Positions 18,806 through 30,752 of a stretch of 64,000 bases of DNA are shown here, one piece after another. Each line of letters starts with the position of its first letter. Within the stretch, counting starts at the first letter, position 1. The position numbers were made by a program, and so were the translations under genes. Source of the stretch: Patescibacteria group bacterium (GTDB taxonomy: Bacteria; Patescibacteriota; Patescibacteriia; UBA9934); assembly GCA_038064675.1 (NCBI GenBank), contig JBBTSM010000003.1:38663-102662 (forward strand), written 5' to 3'. Under the pieces are notes generated by a model that had not been told where the DNA came from, ran no database searches, and was given only the letters and a program-made list of their open reading frames with translations.

Positions 18806-19090
18806 TTACGCAGCGAAAACTCCAGGAACTTCCATCGCACCGCCAACCTGCTTTGGAAACGCGGCAACAACCGCATCGCGCTCTGCACGAGTTGAAGTAA
18901 TGACGTCGTCGCGCAATACATTCACCGCATCGGTAAGATACGCCTTCGCGTCAACGCCCGATGTGTCGACCTCTTGCAGCTTGCTGATGTACTCCAAAAT
19001 ATCCGGTAACTGACGCTGCAACATCGCCTTTTCGTCGTCGGTTAACTGTAATTTGGCTAACATTGCTAATCGGTTGATATCAATATCCAT
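18806..19090 (-). CDS. gatC: Asp-tRNA(Asn)/Glu-tRNA(Gln) amidotransferase subunit C
   Basis: 94 aa immediately upstream of gatA with a GatC-like pattern (LAKLQLTDDEK...LEYISKLQEVDTSGV). Confidence 0.8.
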   Translation of the reverse strand: MDIDINRLAMLAKLQLTDDEKAMLQRQLPDILEYISKLQEVDTSGVDAKAYLTDAVNVLRDDVITSTRAERDAVVAAFPKQVGGAMEVPGVFAA

Positions 19091-19093
19091 AGA

Positions 19094-21370
<2,277 letters not shown>

Positions 21371-21532
21371 TCACTAAAATCTAGAATCGACCACCCCGCT
21401 CTCGCTGGAAATGTCTTCCCGCCTCCGTTCCCATCCCAACCCCTCCAAGGGTCAGGTTCATTCACCCTTCAACGCCAAACGCCCCGATCAAAGATCGAGG
21501 TGTGTGGGCTCGCCGAAAGGGGAATCTTACCG

Positions 21533-22336
21533 CTACCCCAAAAGACCGAAGTACCAAGTAACAAAGGAGTTTCCAAAGAAAAGGGCAATAAATGTACCAA
21601 TCACCATGAAAGTGCCGAATGGGACGTGACTGCGGAGGTCGCGACGGCGGAAGAAGATGAGGTAAAGGCCGAGCAATGCGCCGATGGCGTAGGCGGTGAG
21701 AAGGGCGAAAATCCCGAGCTCAGGACCGAGTAAGAAGCCCATCACCATTGCTAAGCGAATGTCTCCCCCTCCAACCCAGGTTCCGCGAGAGGCGATGTAT
21801 TGGACGGCGAAGAATGCGCCAAGAAGGAATCCTCCGAAAAGCATCGTCAATGGATCAACGCCCATCACCGCGTTCAGTGAAAGCGCGATGATCATCGCGG
21901 GAACAGACAATCGATCCGGAATAATGCTCGCACGGTAATCGAACATAAAAATCGGCAAGAGCAACATCGCGAGCAAACCGTTGCGGAGGAACAATCCCAT
22001 TGCGTCGGATGCGTCGCGCGCGAAGAATGGAATATTCGAATCCTGAGTAACAATTTGATACGCAAATGCCATGAACAACAGTGCCATTACAATCTCAAGC
22101 GCTGGATACTGCCAAGGAATCACAGACTTGCACATGCGGCATTTTCCCTGCAGTACGATGTAGCTAATCAATGGAAAATGATCCTTTGCATGCATCGGCC
22201 TTGCACACGTCACACATTTTCGTCGTCCAGCCGTAAATTCCAAACCGTCTGGCGTACGCAACATGAAAATGTTCACGAATGCTCCGCATACTAAGCCGAG
22301 CACTCCTGCAACAGTAATAATGGGAAACAGCGGCAT
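21533..22336 (-). CDS. pilD: prepilin peptidase (type IV leader peptidase, A24 family)
   Basis: N-terminal C-x2-C ... C-x2-C zinc-binding domain (CVTCARP...CRMCKSV) followed by a polytopic membrane domain. Confidence 0.85.
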   Translation of the reverse strand: MPLFPIITVAGVLGLVCGAFVNIFMLRTPDGLEFTAGRRKCVTCARPMHAKDHFPLISYIVLQGKCRMCKSVIPWQYPALEIVMALLFMAFAYQIVTQDSNIPFFARDASDAMGLFLRNGLLAMLLLPIFMFDYRASIIPDRLSVPAMIIALSLNAVMGVDPLTMLFGGFLLGAFFAVQYIASRGTWVGGGDIRLAMVMGFLLGPELGIFALLTAYAIGALLGLYLIFFRRRDLRSHVPFGTFMVIGTFIALFFGNSFVTWYFGLLG

Positions 22337-22339
22337 AGG

Positions 22340-22825
22340 TTAGAGTGCGGCGCAGGTGCCAGCCTTAAATCCGTCCTCGCTTAAACAATCGAGGCCCTTC
22401 GCAACTCCAAGCAACGAATTCCCGCCTTCAAGCTCGAACTGGATGCGATACGAATCTGCGGTACCGCTGTAGCAATACACATCACTCACCCCGCCACAGG
22501 CCACAAGCTCACCAAGACCTGCCGCTGGCGGGATCGTGACAACGGAAAGATACGGCGTTGGGCCGTTGGACGAACATGGCGCAGCAAATCCTTCCGGTGA
22601 CAGACATGCCGTCAGCGCCTGACCGAGCGGAATCGCTTCAGCTGCAACAGGATACGAACTGTGATTCTGGAAATACATTTCCAGTGCCATCTGCAGCTCG
22701 CGAACGTTCGCAAGGCGCGTCACGTCACGCGTATGGCTTCGGGCCGAGAGCACCGCGTAGCCCGACACCAGGCCAATGACACCGATGATTGCACCCATGA
22801 TGAGAATTTCTGCGGTTCGTGTCAT
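22340..22825 (-). CDS. type IV pilin-like protein (putative)
   Basis: Short N-terminal hydrophobic segment with Glu (TAEILIMGAIIGVIGLV), Cys-rich C-terminal half, location between pilD and pilM. The prepilin motif is non-canonical. Confidence 0.45.
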   Translation of the reverse strand: MTRTAEILIMGAIIGVIGLVSGYAVLSARSHTRDVTRLANVRELQMALEMYFQNHSSYPVAAEAIPLGQALTACLSPEGFAAPCSSNGPTPYLSVVTIPPAAGLGELVACGGVSDVYCYSGTADSYRIQFELEGGNSLLGVAKGLDCLSEDGFKAGTCAAL

Positions 22826-23205
22826 AGAGAGAGAAAGTTATGCAGCCGCTCGGCAACGTTCCGCGGCGTGTGATGCGTTGTAAGAATAATATCATCTGCG
22901 CCGGCAGCATGCAGCGCATTCACAAAATCACTGCTCGCTTTTGCCGCAAACACAACAATACGTAACGATTTCATCGTGGGCTGCTTACGCAGCGCACGGA
23001 CATGGGTTGCAACATCGTCGTGCGATCCGACACTTCCACTATCGATAATGAGCAACGCAGCGTGCAGGCGAATTGCTCTGCGCTCAAACTCCGCAATTTC
23101 CGGCACAAGAACCACTTTCGCAAAGCGTTCTAGATGACGTTCATACACCGCGCTCAGCGCTGCGTGCGTCGTCACCAACACAATTGTTGGCCTTGCAGTC
23201 GTCAT
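22822..23205 (-). CDS. CheY-like receiver-fold protein, atypical
   Basis: About 120 aa with a receiver-like pattern including LLIIDSG (candidate phospho-Asp). The acid-pocket residues are not conserved. Confidence 0.45.
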   Translation of the reverse strand: MTTARPTIVLVTTHAALSAVYERHLERFAKVVLVPEIAEFERRAIRLHAALLIIDSGSVGSHDDVATHVRALRKQPTMKSLRIVVFAAKASSDFVNALHAAGADDIILTTHHTPRNVAERLHNFLSL

Positions 23206-23211
23206 ATCCGT

Positions 23212-24321
23212 TTACTTGTCCTTTTCCGGCACCACACGCATAGCTAAGCCAATCGCCACTGCAAGCCGACTTCCCACTTCGTCTAACACGCCGCGCGATT
23301 CTGGTGGTGTTGCAATACGCGCCCAAGGATCACCAACATACACATTCGTATTCAACGTATTTGTCATCGCCGCATCAATCCCTGCAAGCGCCGCAGAGCC
23401 ACCCGTTAAGATTACCTTATCGACAGGCATAGGGCGCTGCGTGTTTTCCTGAAGGTTGATGTCGACTGCGTATTTCACCTCGTGCAGCAACGGCTTGATT
23501 GCCGCAAGAATCGCTGGAGGCATTGTGGAGCTGGCGCCGAGCGTTAAATCCTTTTTTGTTGCCTCTGCTTCTGGCAACCCAATGCTCATCGCGCTCGAAA
23601 GCGCCTCGGTTACCGCACCGCCGCCAGATTTAATTCCCCTCGTCAAATACGGAACGCCACGCTCGGCAATAAGAATGTTTGTACGATCGCCCCCAATATC
23701 CACGATCATGGTTTTCGCGTTGTCTTTGCCGATAAGCGATCGCATCAAGGCGAACACCTCTGTCTCAAGGGAGATGAGCTCGATCTTCGCGAGCGCAAAC
23801 ACCGCAAGATATTTTTCGACGAGCGCTTTTGGTGCAGCAGTCACCTGCACGCGAACCGTCTTCACCTTCTGCTCCGCCGGAGCGTCTACAGTAGGCGCGC
23901 CCTCCTTCGGCAAAAAATCTTTGTCGATAATATGCGAGTCGATAATCATTTCGGAAACCGGCAAAGGCAACAATTTTCCCGCCTGTGCTTCCACCACTGG
24001 ACGAATATCGTCCTTCGCGGACTTTGGAGTAGGAATGCTGATAATCGCGTGAAACACGCTTTGTGCTGGCAACGATGCAACCGCCTTCGTCGCCTTCATG
24101 CCGCTTGCCGTAATAATGCCACGCAATACTTCTGCGAGTTTCTTTGGTTCATCAATGGAGAGTGCAGAAGCATCCCCGCCAAACGGAACGTCGGCATAGC
24201 CGTACGTTACCAATCGAATCCGTCCAGCATCTGGCGCAAGCTCCACAACCTTCAAACCCGTGGTGCCCAAGTCTACGCCAAGCAACGCCTGCGAAACTTC
24301 CTCTTTTTTTGCTCCAAACAT
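23212..24321 (-). CDS. pilM: type IV pilus assembly protein PilM (actin-like ATPase)
   Basis: MFGAKKEEV..LGVDLGTTGLKVVEL start typical of PilM. Start moved to 24321. Confidence 0.85.
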   Translation of the reverse strand: MFGAKKEEVSQALLGVDLGTTGLKVVELAPDAGRIRLVTYGYADVPFGGDASALSIDEPKKLAEVLRGIITASGMKATKAVASLPAQSVFHAIISIPTPKSAKDDIRPVVEAQAGKLLPLPVSEMIIDSHIIDKDFLPKEGAPTVDAPAEQKVKTVRVQVTAAPKALVEKYLAVFALAKIELISLETEVFALMRSLIGKDNAKTMIVDIGGDRTNILIAERGVPYLTRGIKSGGGAVTEALSSAMSIGLPEAEATKKDLTLGASSTMPPAILAAIKPLLHEVKYAVDINLQENTQRPMPVDKVILTGGSAALAGIDAAMTNTLNTNVYVGDPWARIATPPESRGVLDEVGSRLAVAIGLAMRVVPEKDK

Positions 24322-24342
24322 ATAGGGAAAGTATAGCACGGA

Positions 24343-24361
24343 GGTGTTAAAGCTTAGCTTT
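24343..24361. repeat. REP-like palindromic repeat copy 1 (gtgttaaagcttagctttg)
   Basis: Contains the AAAGCT-t-AGCTTT palindrome. Three copies flank the RAYT-like gene. Confidence 0.7.
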
Positions 24362-24403
24362 GACACCGTAACACTGATCAAATCTCCCAAATAATTTGAA
24401 GAT

Positions 24404-25042
24404 TCAAATGTTAAAGCTTAGCTTTGCCATATCACGATGTGGGATCCAGGATCTCACAAATTCTAGATACTCTTCTGGCGGTATGAGTGATGCCAAAAAT
24501 TCTGGATGAATAATGGGATCGATTGTTTTACCGATGTAATGACGAAAACTTGACCATGGATACTCAAGAAGCTTTTCAAAACGACCTTCGCTATCAGCGA
24601 ACAGGTCGAGTTGATTCAGATGAACGTAACGTGTCGAATGAAGAAACTGACGATCGTCCTCGATCAAAACAGACTTATACGATGATTCGAATAAGGATCC
24701 GGTCCGATCGTATTTTCGATTAAAGTACTTCGTGTACCCCGTACCAAGTCGCTGCATAAACCTCGCAACACCATCATCAGCGATCTGTTTCACGATAAAG
24801 TGAACGTGATTATTCATCAATGTGTAACAAATGATCTCGACCAAAGGAGTCGTCGAACGTAGCGGATGACTGCCGTCTTCTCCGAGCTCAGGCTTCCTTG
24901 CGATCACTTCATCGTCGTTGAATAGAATGCAACCTCGAAGAAATCGACGTCGATCCTCATCACACAGAAAGGTATCCCGCCGATCAACTCCACGGTTGTA
25001 AATATGGTAATAACAGCCCGCTACCATCGGAGTAACACGCAT
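24404..25042 (-). CDS. IS200/IS605-like Y1 HuH transposase family protein (REP-associated tyrosine transposase-like)
   Basis: HuH motif NHVHFIV, downstream GTGYTKYFN (candidate catalytic Tyr region), 212 aa, bracketed by REP-like palindromes. Confidence 0.7.
   Translation of the reverse strand: MRVTPMVAGCYYHIYNRGVDRRDTFLCDEDRRRFLRGCILFNDDEVIARKPELGEDGSHPLRSTTPLVEIICYTLMNNHVHFIVKQIADDGVARFMQRLGTGYTKYFNRKYDRTGSLFESSYKSVLIEDDRQFLHSTRYVHLNQLDLFADSEGRFEKLLEYPWSSFRHYIGKTIDPIIHPEFLASLIPPEEYLEFVRSWIPHRDMAKLSFNI
24409..24426. repeat. REP-like repeat copy 2
   Basis: tgttaaagcttagctttg. Confidence 0.7.
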
Positions 25043-25066
25043 AAAAGATTGATTTTCCTACTCTGA

Positions 25067-25085
25067 GTGTTAAAGCTTAGCTTTG
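25067..25085. repeat. REP-like repeat copy 3
   Basis: gtgttaaagcttagctttg, immediately upstream of the RAYT-like gene start. Confidence 0.7.
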
Positions 25086-25504
25086 TTTTTCACCCCATCC
25101 AACGTTTCATTCACCAGCGCGTCGGCGGCAGTATTTTGTTCGCGGAACACATGAGAGAATGTCGCTTTCCTGAATTTCGTTCGGAGATTGTGCACCTCAA
25201 GGAACCGCTTAGCGATTTCGGCATTTTTCACACGGTAGATACCGTTAATCTGCTTCACCGCCAGCTCGGAATCGAGGCGAACATCAATTTCCTCATATCC
25301 AAGATCGAGCGCCTTTTGTAAACCAATGATGATACCGGTGTACTCTGCTTGATTGTTCGTATCGATCCCAATGTACTTCGCGGCATCAGCAACGCGCTCG
25401 CCCTGCTCTCCGGCCGCCGATAACACAAAAAGAACTGCGGCGCCAGCAGCAGGCCCCGGATTTCCTCGACTCCCCCCGTCGGCGTACATTCTCACTTTTT
25501 TCAT
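25070..25504 (-). CDS. rnhA: ribonuclease HI
   Basis: YADGGSRGNPGPAAG...QAEYTGII..L...E..VRLDSELAVKQ pattern of RNase H. Start MKKVRMY at 25504 forms an ATGA overlap with the recJ stop. Confidence 0.85.
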   Translation of the reverse strand: MKKVRMYADGGSRGNPGPAAGAAVLFVLSAAGEQGERVADAAKYIGIDTNNQAEYTGIIIGLQKALDLGYEEIDVRLDSELAVKQINGIYRVKNAEIAKRFLEVHNLRTKFRKATFSHVFREQNTAADALVNETLDGVKNKAKL

Positions 25505-27201
25505 AATCGAATGTCTACGATTCTGCATTGTACATCCTTCCGCCCATTCCATTCGTTGATTCCTGGTTCGTAGGCAATATCAATCTGACGTCCACGAACC
25601 AGCTCCTCCGCTTTGTCGCCCATGCCAAACCCAATCATCTTACTTACCTTTCCAGCATCATCAAGCACGGTGAGCCGAAGATGCGTCCCCGTTGATCCCA
25701 TCGTTTCCGCAATCATCACCGTCAATTTCAACGCAGCAAATATTGGCGGGCGATTCCCTTCGCCAAATGGCGCACACGCATTGAGTTCACCAAGAGAATC
25801 GATCGTGAACGTTGACGGCGTGACGACTGCATCGATCGGCAGTGTCACCGACGGCCCGTTCGCACCAAACTTCGATCGCGCAAACACATTCATCTGGGTT
25901 CGGAACTCGTGAACGTCGTCCATGGTTCGTACCGACAAACCACACGCCTGAGGATGCCCGCCTTTCTTAATGAAAATATCGCCACACGCATTCATCGCCT
26001 CCACAAGGTGGAGACCGCCGGCCGTGCGACCGCTCCCCACATAATGATCGCCAACTTTCGTGAGCGCGAATGCTGGCAACGCAAAATCGTTGACAAGACG
26101 CCCAGCGATGAGGCCAACGATTCCCGGCAACCACGCGTCGCTCGCAACAACTAACACATTGCACTGGTCGTCGATCATGCTCTTCGCGATCTGCTCCGCC
26201 TCCTTGTACGAATCTTTGAAAATCGACTGACGCTCCTTGTTCAACGATTCAAGTTTTGTTGCGGCAACCTCCGCAGCCTCGGCAGTTTGTGCCGTAAGCG
26301 TATCGAATGCGAGCTTTGCACTCGACAATCGGCCCGCAGCGTTGAGCCGAGGCCCAATGCGGAATCCGATTGCCGTTGTATCGATCGTCCCGAGATCGGT
26401 GCCGGACATTGTGAGCATTGCACGAAGGCCAGGTCGGCGCGTCTTATTTAAAACCTGCAACCCAAATGTTTCGAGCACACGATTCTCTCCAAGAATCGGC
26501 ATCACATCCGTCACCGTCGCTATGGCAACGAAATCGAGAAACCATTTTTCGTAGCCCTCGGGAATATCGGAGCCTCGATTCCGAGCTTCATGGATTAACG
26601 CCGATGCAAATTTGAATGCAACGCCCGTTCCGCACAATGTTTTGTTTGCATATGTCTCACCCGGTGCCAGCGGATGCAGCACGATGGCGTGGCCTGGAAA
26701 ATGCGTGCCCATTTGGTGATGGTCACAAATAACAACATCAATTCCCGCCTCGAATGTGCGATCGAGCTCCAGTCCATTTGCGATTCCGCAGTCCACCGTG
26801 ACGAGAAGCTTCTTCTTCTCGTCGATGAAGCGCTCGATGGTATGCATCGCAACGCCGTATCCATCTTTCTCACGATCCGGCAGGAATACCTCGACGTTGA
26901 AAGTGAAACTCATCTTGTCTGTAATGTATCGCAACGCCTCAAACAACAATGCCGATCCGGATACGCCATCGGCATCGTAGTCGCCGTGAATAACGATCGC
27001 ATCGCCACGTTCCAGTGCACCGAACATCGCCGCAACCGCCTTTGGCATCTGCGTAAAGTCGAACGGCGAATGCGTGTCGCGCTCCCAATCGGGATACAAA
27101 AAATGCTCGCGATGTTCTACCGCAACACCTCGATTCACTAAAAGCTGCGAAACAAGGTTGTCCTCGCTCCGCGGCGCGATGTTCCATGCAATCGTTGCCA
27201 C
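25501..27201 (-). CDS. recJ: single-stranded-DNA-specific exonuclease RecJ
   Basis: DHH motifs (GDYDADGV, VVICDHHQ) and DHHA1 region. 566 aa. GTG start. Confidence 0.95.
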   Translation of the reverse strand: MATIAWNIAPRSEDNLVSQLLVNRGVAVEHREHFLYPDWERDTHSPFDFTQMPKAVAAMFGALERGDAIVIHGDYDADGVSGSALLFEALRYITDKMSFTFNVEVFLPDREKDGYGVAMHTIERFIDEKKKLLVTVDCGIANGLELDRTFEAGIDVVICDHHQMGTHFPGHAIVLHPLAPGETYANKTLCGTGVAFKFASALIHEARNRGSDIPEGYEKWFLDFVAIATVTDVMPILGENRVLETFGLQVLNKTRRPGLRAMLTMSGTDLGTIDTTAIGFRIGPRLNAAGRLSSAKLAFDTLTAQTAEAAEVAATKLESLNKERQSIFKDSYKEAEQIAKSMIDDQCNVLVVASDAWLPGIVGLIAGRLVNDFALPAFALTKVGDHYVGSGRTAGGLHLVEAMNACGDIFIKKGGHPQACGLSVRTMDDVHEFRTQMNVFARSKFGANGPSVTLPIDAVVTPSTFTIDSLGELNACAPFGEGNRPPIFAALKLTVMIAETMGSTGTHLRLTVLDDAGKVSKMIGFGMGDKAEELVRGRQIDIAYEPGINEWNGRKDVQCRIVDIRL

Positions 27202-27202
27202 A

Positions 27203-27301
27203 CTAGTATCCTAACTGGCTCATCGATGCCAACATCGACACCATCACCAAAAGTGCAACAACGGCCCAGAACTTCTTCGTGTATTTTGAATTGAATTTCA
27301 T
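27203..27301 (-). CDS. candidate small hydrophobic peptide (32 aa) immediately upstream of recJ
   Basis: Own translation MKFNSKYTKKFWAVVALLVMVSMLASMSQLGY. Its stop lies 2 nt before the recJ GTG. Unsupported beyond the ORF. Confidence 0.2.
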   Translation of the reverse strand: MKFNSKYTKKFWAVVALLVMVSMLASMSQLGY

Positions 27302-27327
27302 GGCCACAGCGTAACAACGATCCGCGT

Positions 27328-27987
27328 TTGCGTCATTGGGAGGTGGGGATGAACCGCTACTTTGAAACGAACTCCAAAAACTGCTACTGTCTCTCTGCTA
27401 CATACAGGAGTGCCATGGCAGACAGCGCATCAGCAACGCAATACACGAAAATCTACGAAGGGACGGATCATCGACTCGGCAAGATCATCGTCTGTATTGA
27501 GGGAAAGCATGATCTTGACGACGACACACTCGTCGTACTCGATCACGTCTTCCGCGCGTTCCAACTGGTAAATGAAACTGTTCATAGTATCGACGACCCG
27601 GAAATGGAGGCGTGGTACATCTCGCTCGCAAAGTCGTACTTCTACGTGACCACCGGTACCGTGGTCACGTCGGAAAATCAACCGACCAATGAAGACATCG
27701 GGGACAGCAGCACCTGGCGACTCGACGTTCCGGAGTACGGCGTCGTGATCATCGAGCCCTGCGGCGCAGTGGAATACAATGACGATACGTGCCAGATTTT
27801 CGTATCGCATCCCGGGCAGGGCGTGTACCTCGTGATCCTGCTAGAGATCATCGACACGAACCCGCTCACGTTCCGTTCCGTAGACCTACAGGACAAGGAA
27901 CTGTGCGACGGGATCATCAACGGCTACCTCCTCGAGATCGGGGCCGTTGAAGTAGAGAAAAACGCGTCCAGCGCCGATGACAACTGA
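27328..27987 (+). CDS. hypothetical acidic protein (GC-rich plus-strand cassette)
   Basis: 219-aa ORF, possibly starting at the MADSASATQY internal Met. Followed by a GCGCCGCC-stem terminator. Confidence 0.45.
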   Translation: MRHWEVGMNRYFETNSKNCYCLSATYRSAMADSASATQYTKIYEGTDHRLGKIIVCIEGKHDLDDDTLVVLDHVFRAFQLVNETVHSIDDPEMEAWYISLAKSYFYVTTGTVVTSENQPTNEDIGDSSTWRLDVPEYGVVIIEPCGAVEYNDDTCQIFVSHPGQGVYLVILLEIIDTNPLTFRSVDLQDKELCDGIINGYLLEIGAVEVEKNASSADDN

Positions 27988-27993
27988 ACGACG

Positions 27994-28024
27994 AGCGCCG
28001 CCACCCGTACGGGGAGGCGGCGCT
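27994..28024 (+). terminator. terminator hairpin, GCCGCC-stem family
   Basis: GCGCCGCC acccgtacgggga GGCGGCGC followed by cttcgacatttgggt. Confidence 0.4.
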
Positions 28025-28038
28025 TCGACATTTGGGTA

Positions 28039-29886
28039 CTACCGTTTCAACACCTTCATGTACGCCTCGCTTGGGATGTCTACGGAGCCGACGCCCATCG
28101 CAAGCATTTTCTTCTTTCCCTTCTTCTGCTTCTCCAGCAACTTCAACTTTCGCGTCGCGTCACCACCGTACAATCCGGCAGTCACGTCTTTTCGCATTGC
28201 AGAAATGCGTTCGCTGGCCACCACTTTTCCCCCGATCATCGCCTGGAGTTTGATGACGAATTGCTGACGAGGGATGCTGTCCTTCAAGATTTCGAGCACA
28301 CGACGGCCAACGCGCTCGGCTTCGTTCCGATACACAATCATCGCAAACGCATCCACGTTGTCGTCTGCAACAGAAATGTCGAGTCGGCACACATCGGCTT
28401 CGCGATACACGAATACATCGTAGCTCATCGACGCATACCCGCTTGATGCGCCCTTCAACTTATCGTTGAAATCGACGATGATTGCCGACAGTGGAAGTTC
28501 GTAGTGAATGAGCGCACGCCCTTCGGAGAGATAGTCCGTATTGATGTAAATTCCTCGGCGATCCTGTGCAAGCGACATCACATTTCCGATCGAATCGACC
28601 GGTGTAATGATATCCACCTTCGCCCACGGTTCGTCGATGTGATCGATGAAACTCGGGTCTGGTAAATCGAGCGCGCTTTTGACGATGTCATAGGTCGAAT
28701 CGGACCTATTGGACCTATACACATGATAGGCAACACTTGGCAGTGTTACCACCAAATCAATGGTGAATTCCCTACTCAATCGCTCCTTCAAAATTTCAAG
28801 GTGGAGCATGCCAAGGAATCCACAACGGAAACCATAGCCGAGCGCTGGCGAATGTTCAGGTTCGAACACGAGCGCCGCGTCGTTGAGCTTCAATCGGTCC
28901 ATTGCGTCGCGAAGCGCACCGTACTCGTCGCCTTGTGCTGGAAAAATTCCCGCGAACACCATTGGTCGAACTTCGCGATATCCCGCCAACGATTCAACGT
29001 GTTCGGTAACAGGCGCAACAGTCATCGTGTCTCCAACACGACATGCGCGAATATCTTTAAGTCCAGTAACAATGTATCCGATCTGTCCGGTTTCGAGCTC
29101 ATCAAGTGGAGAAAACTTTGGTGTGAGCGCGCCGATCTCGAGGATTTCTCCGTCGGCATCTGTTGCGAGCAGCTTCAGCTTGTCGCGTTTCTTAAACGTT
29201 CCGTCCATCACGCGAACGTATGCCACAACACCTTTGTAGTCGTCGTAAGCCGAATCGAAAATGACGGCGCGTGGCGGTTTCGTTTCCGATCCTTCTGGCG
29301 ACGGCACACGGTCGATGACGGCGTCGAGAAGCTCGCGAACACCAGCGCCAGTTTTTCCCGATACTTCCAAAATCGAATCCGGATCGCAACCCAAAAGCTT
29401 CACGAGCTCGGCCTTGCGTGTTGGCACGTCGGCCGCTGGAAGATCGATCTTGTTGAGTACTGGGATGATCTCAAGATTTTCTTCAACAGCGAGGTACAGG
29501 TTCGCGATGGTCTGTGCCTGAACGCCTTGCGTGGCATCGACCAGGAGAACGGCACCGTTTACCGACGCGAGCGACCGACTCACCTCGTAGTTGAAGTCGA
29601 TGTGGCCTGGGGTGTCGATGAGGTTCAGCGTGTAGTCCACGTCGTCCTTTTTCCAGACCATTCGGGCCGGAGCAAGCTTGATGGTAATTCCCCGTTCTCG
29701 CTCAATATCCATGGAATCGAGCACCTGGTCCTTCATGATGCGTTTGTCGATGGTGCCAGTCACCTCCAAAAGACGATCCGAAAGCGTGGACTTTCCGTGG
29801 TCGATATGGGCAATAATGCAGAAATTGCGGATGTTTTTCTGTGGGACAGGCATAGCGGCAGGGCTTGGGCCGTATTGTACCTTCAT
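28039..29886 (-). CDS. lepA: translation elongation factor 4 (LepA)
   Basis: G-domain AHIDHGKST, DTPGHIDF, NKIDL. 615 aa. LepA C-terminal domain. Confidence 0.95.
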   Translation of the reverse strand: MKVQYGPSPAAMPVPQKNIRNFCIIAHIDHGKSTLSDRLLEVTGTIDKRIMKDQVLDSMDIERERGITIKLAPARMVWKKDDVDYTLNLIDTPGHIDFNYEVSRSLASVNGAVLLVDATQGVQAQTIANLYLAVEENLEIIPVLNKIDLPAADVPTRKAELVKLLGCDPDSILEVSGKTGAGVRELLDAVIDRVPSPEGSETKPPRAVIFDSAYDDYKGVVAYVRVMDGTFKKRDKLKLLATDADGEILEIGALTPKFSPLDELETGQIGYIVTGLKDIRACRVGDTMTVAPVTEHVESLAGYREVRPMVFAGIFPAQGDEYGALRDAMDRLKLNDAALVFEPEHSPALGYGFRCGFLGMLHLEILKERLSREFTIDLVVTLPSVAYHVYRSNRSDSTYDIVKSALDLPDPSFIDHIDEPWAKVDIITPVDSIGNVMSLAQDRRGIYINTDYLSEGRALIHYELPLSAIIVDFNDKLKGASSGYASMSYDVFVYREADVCRLDISVADDNVDAFAMIVYRNEAERVGRRVLEILKDSIPRQQFVIKLQAMIGGKVVASERISAMRKDVTAGLYGGDATRKLKLLEKQKKGKKKMLAMGVGSVDIPSEAYMKVLKR

Positions 29887-30041
29887 TTTTTCATTTTTGC
29901 CTATTCCCGATCAAACGCTCGTGGTTTGCCTTTTTTCAAATTTTCTGCTAATATTGGACGTTTCCTCTGCGGGCAATCCCAGCAAAAGGAACGAAAAAAA
30001 CAGTGCTCAGTTCTTCAACTTCTCACCAGGAGGCTCCACCA

Positions 30042-30616
30042 TGGGCCACCCGCGCACCGCCGAACAGACCTCCTGGCCCCCTGGCCGGCACCAAGTCCGT
30101 GTTCGACCAAGAAAAGAAAAACCGAAGCGGCGGCGTACGACACCGCCGCTTCCCCCACCGACGACCCTCTTCCTCGTTCCAGACTTGCCGCAGGCGCCAG
30201 CTGTCAACGAGGGTCCGTGGGGAGTGGAATGGACCGAAGTCCAACGGTCCATCGCGGAACGAGCGGTAGAGACCGTGGGAGATGCGGCCAACAAAGCCGC
30301 GACAACCGTCTTCCTGCTGATCCTGGAGTTTCAGCGGACAGACGATTCAGCGACAGAGCACGGCAAGAAGCTCCTCGGCGCACTCCATCGGCTGCTCGAC
30401 TCTTACATCACCCGGTGCAGCGCACTGGATGTGATGAAAAGAATCCACGAAATCGGAGATCGACTCCGACTAGATGGATATTCCGAAATCCTGGACTGGA
30501 GCGCCACCGCAAGATTCGTGGTTCAGAAGGTGTACGCACAGGGCTACGTCGCCGCGCTCGGACAGGCCGAAGCAGCAGTCCCAAGAGCGTTCACTTCCCG
30601 CTCACACCGCCCGTGA
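30042..30616 (+). CDS. hypothetical protein (GC-rich island)
   Basis: ATG preceded by SD CAGGAGG. Pro/Arg-rich N-terminus. The 29678 upstream extension is rejected because it overlaps lepA. Confidence 0.4.
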
Positions 30617-30752
30617 CACGTACGCAAAGGCCTTCGACTCTTCACGGAGTTCGAGGGTCTGGCTGTTTTTAGCATCCAATTTGAACAAGCGGATCAATTT
30701 TGATAGTATTCCTCGTCACTTCAGCCAACGCTGGAGGACGAAAAGGAGAAAC

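Noticed and set aside
28723-30672. 649-aa plus-strand ORF
   Set aside because: It runs antisense across lepA (28039-29886) and into the GC-rich island. It is Arg/Ser-rich like a shadow ORF. The real gene in its 3' part is better explained by the SD-preceded ATG at 30042.
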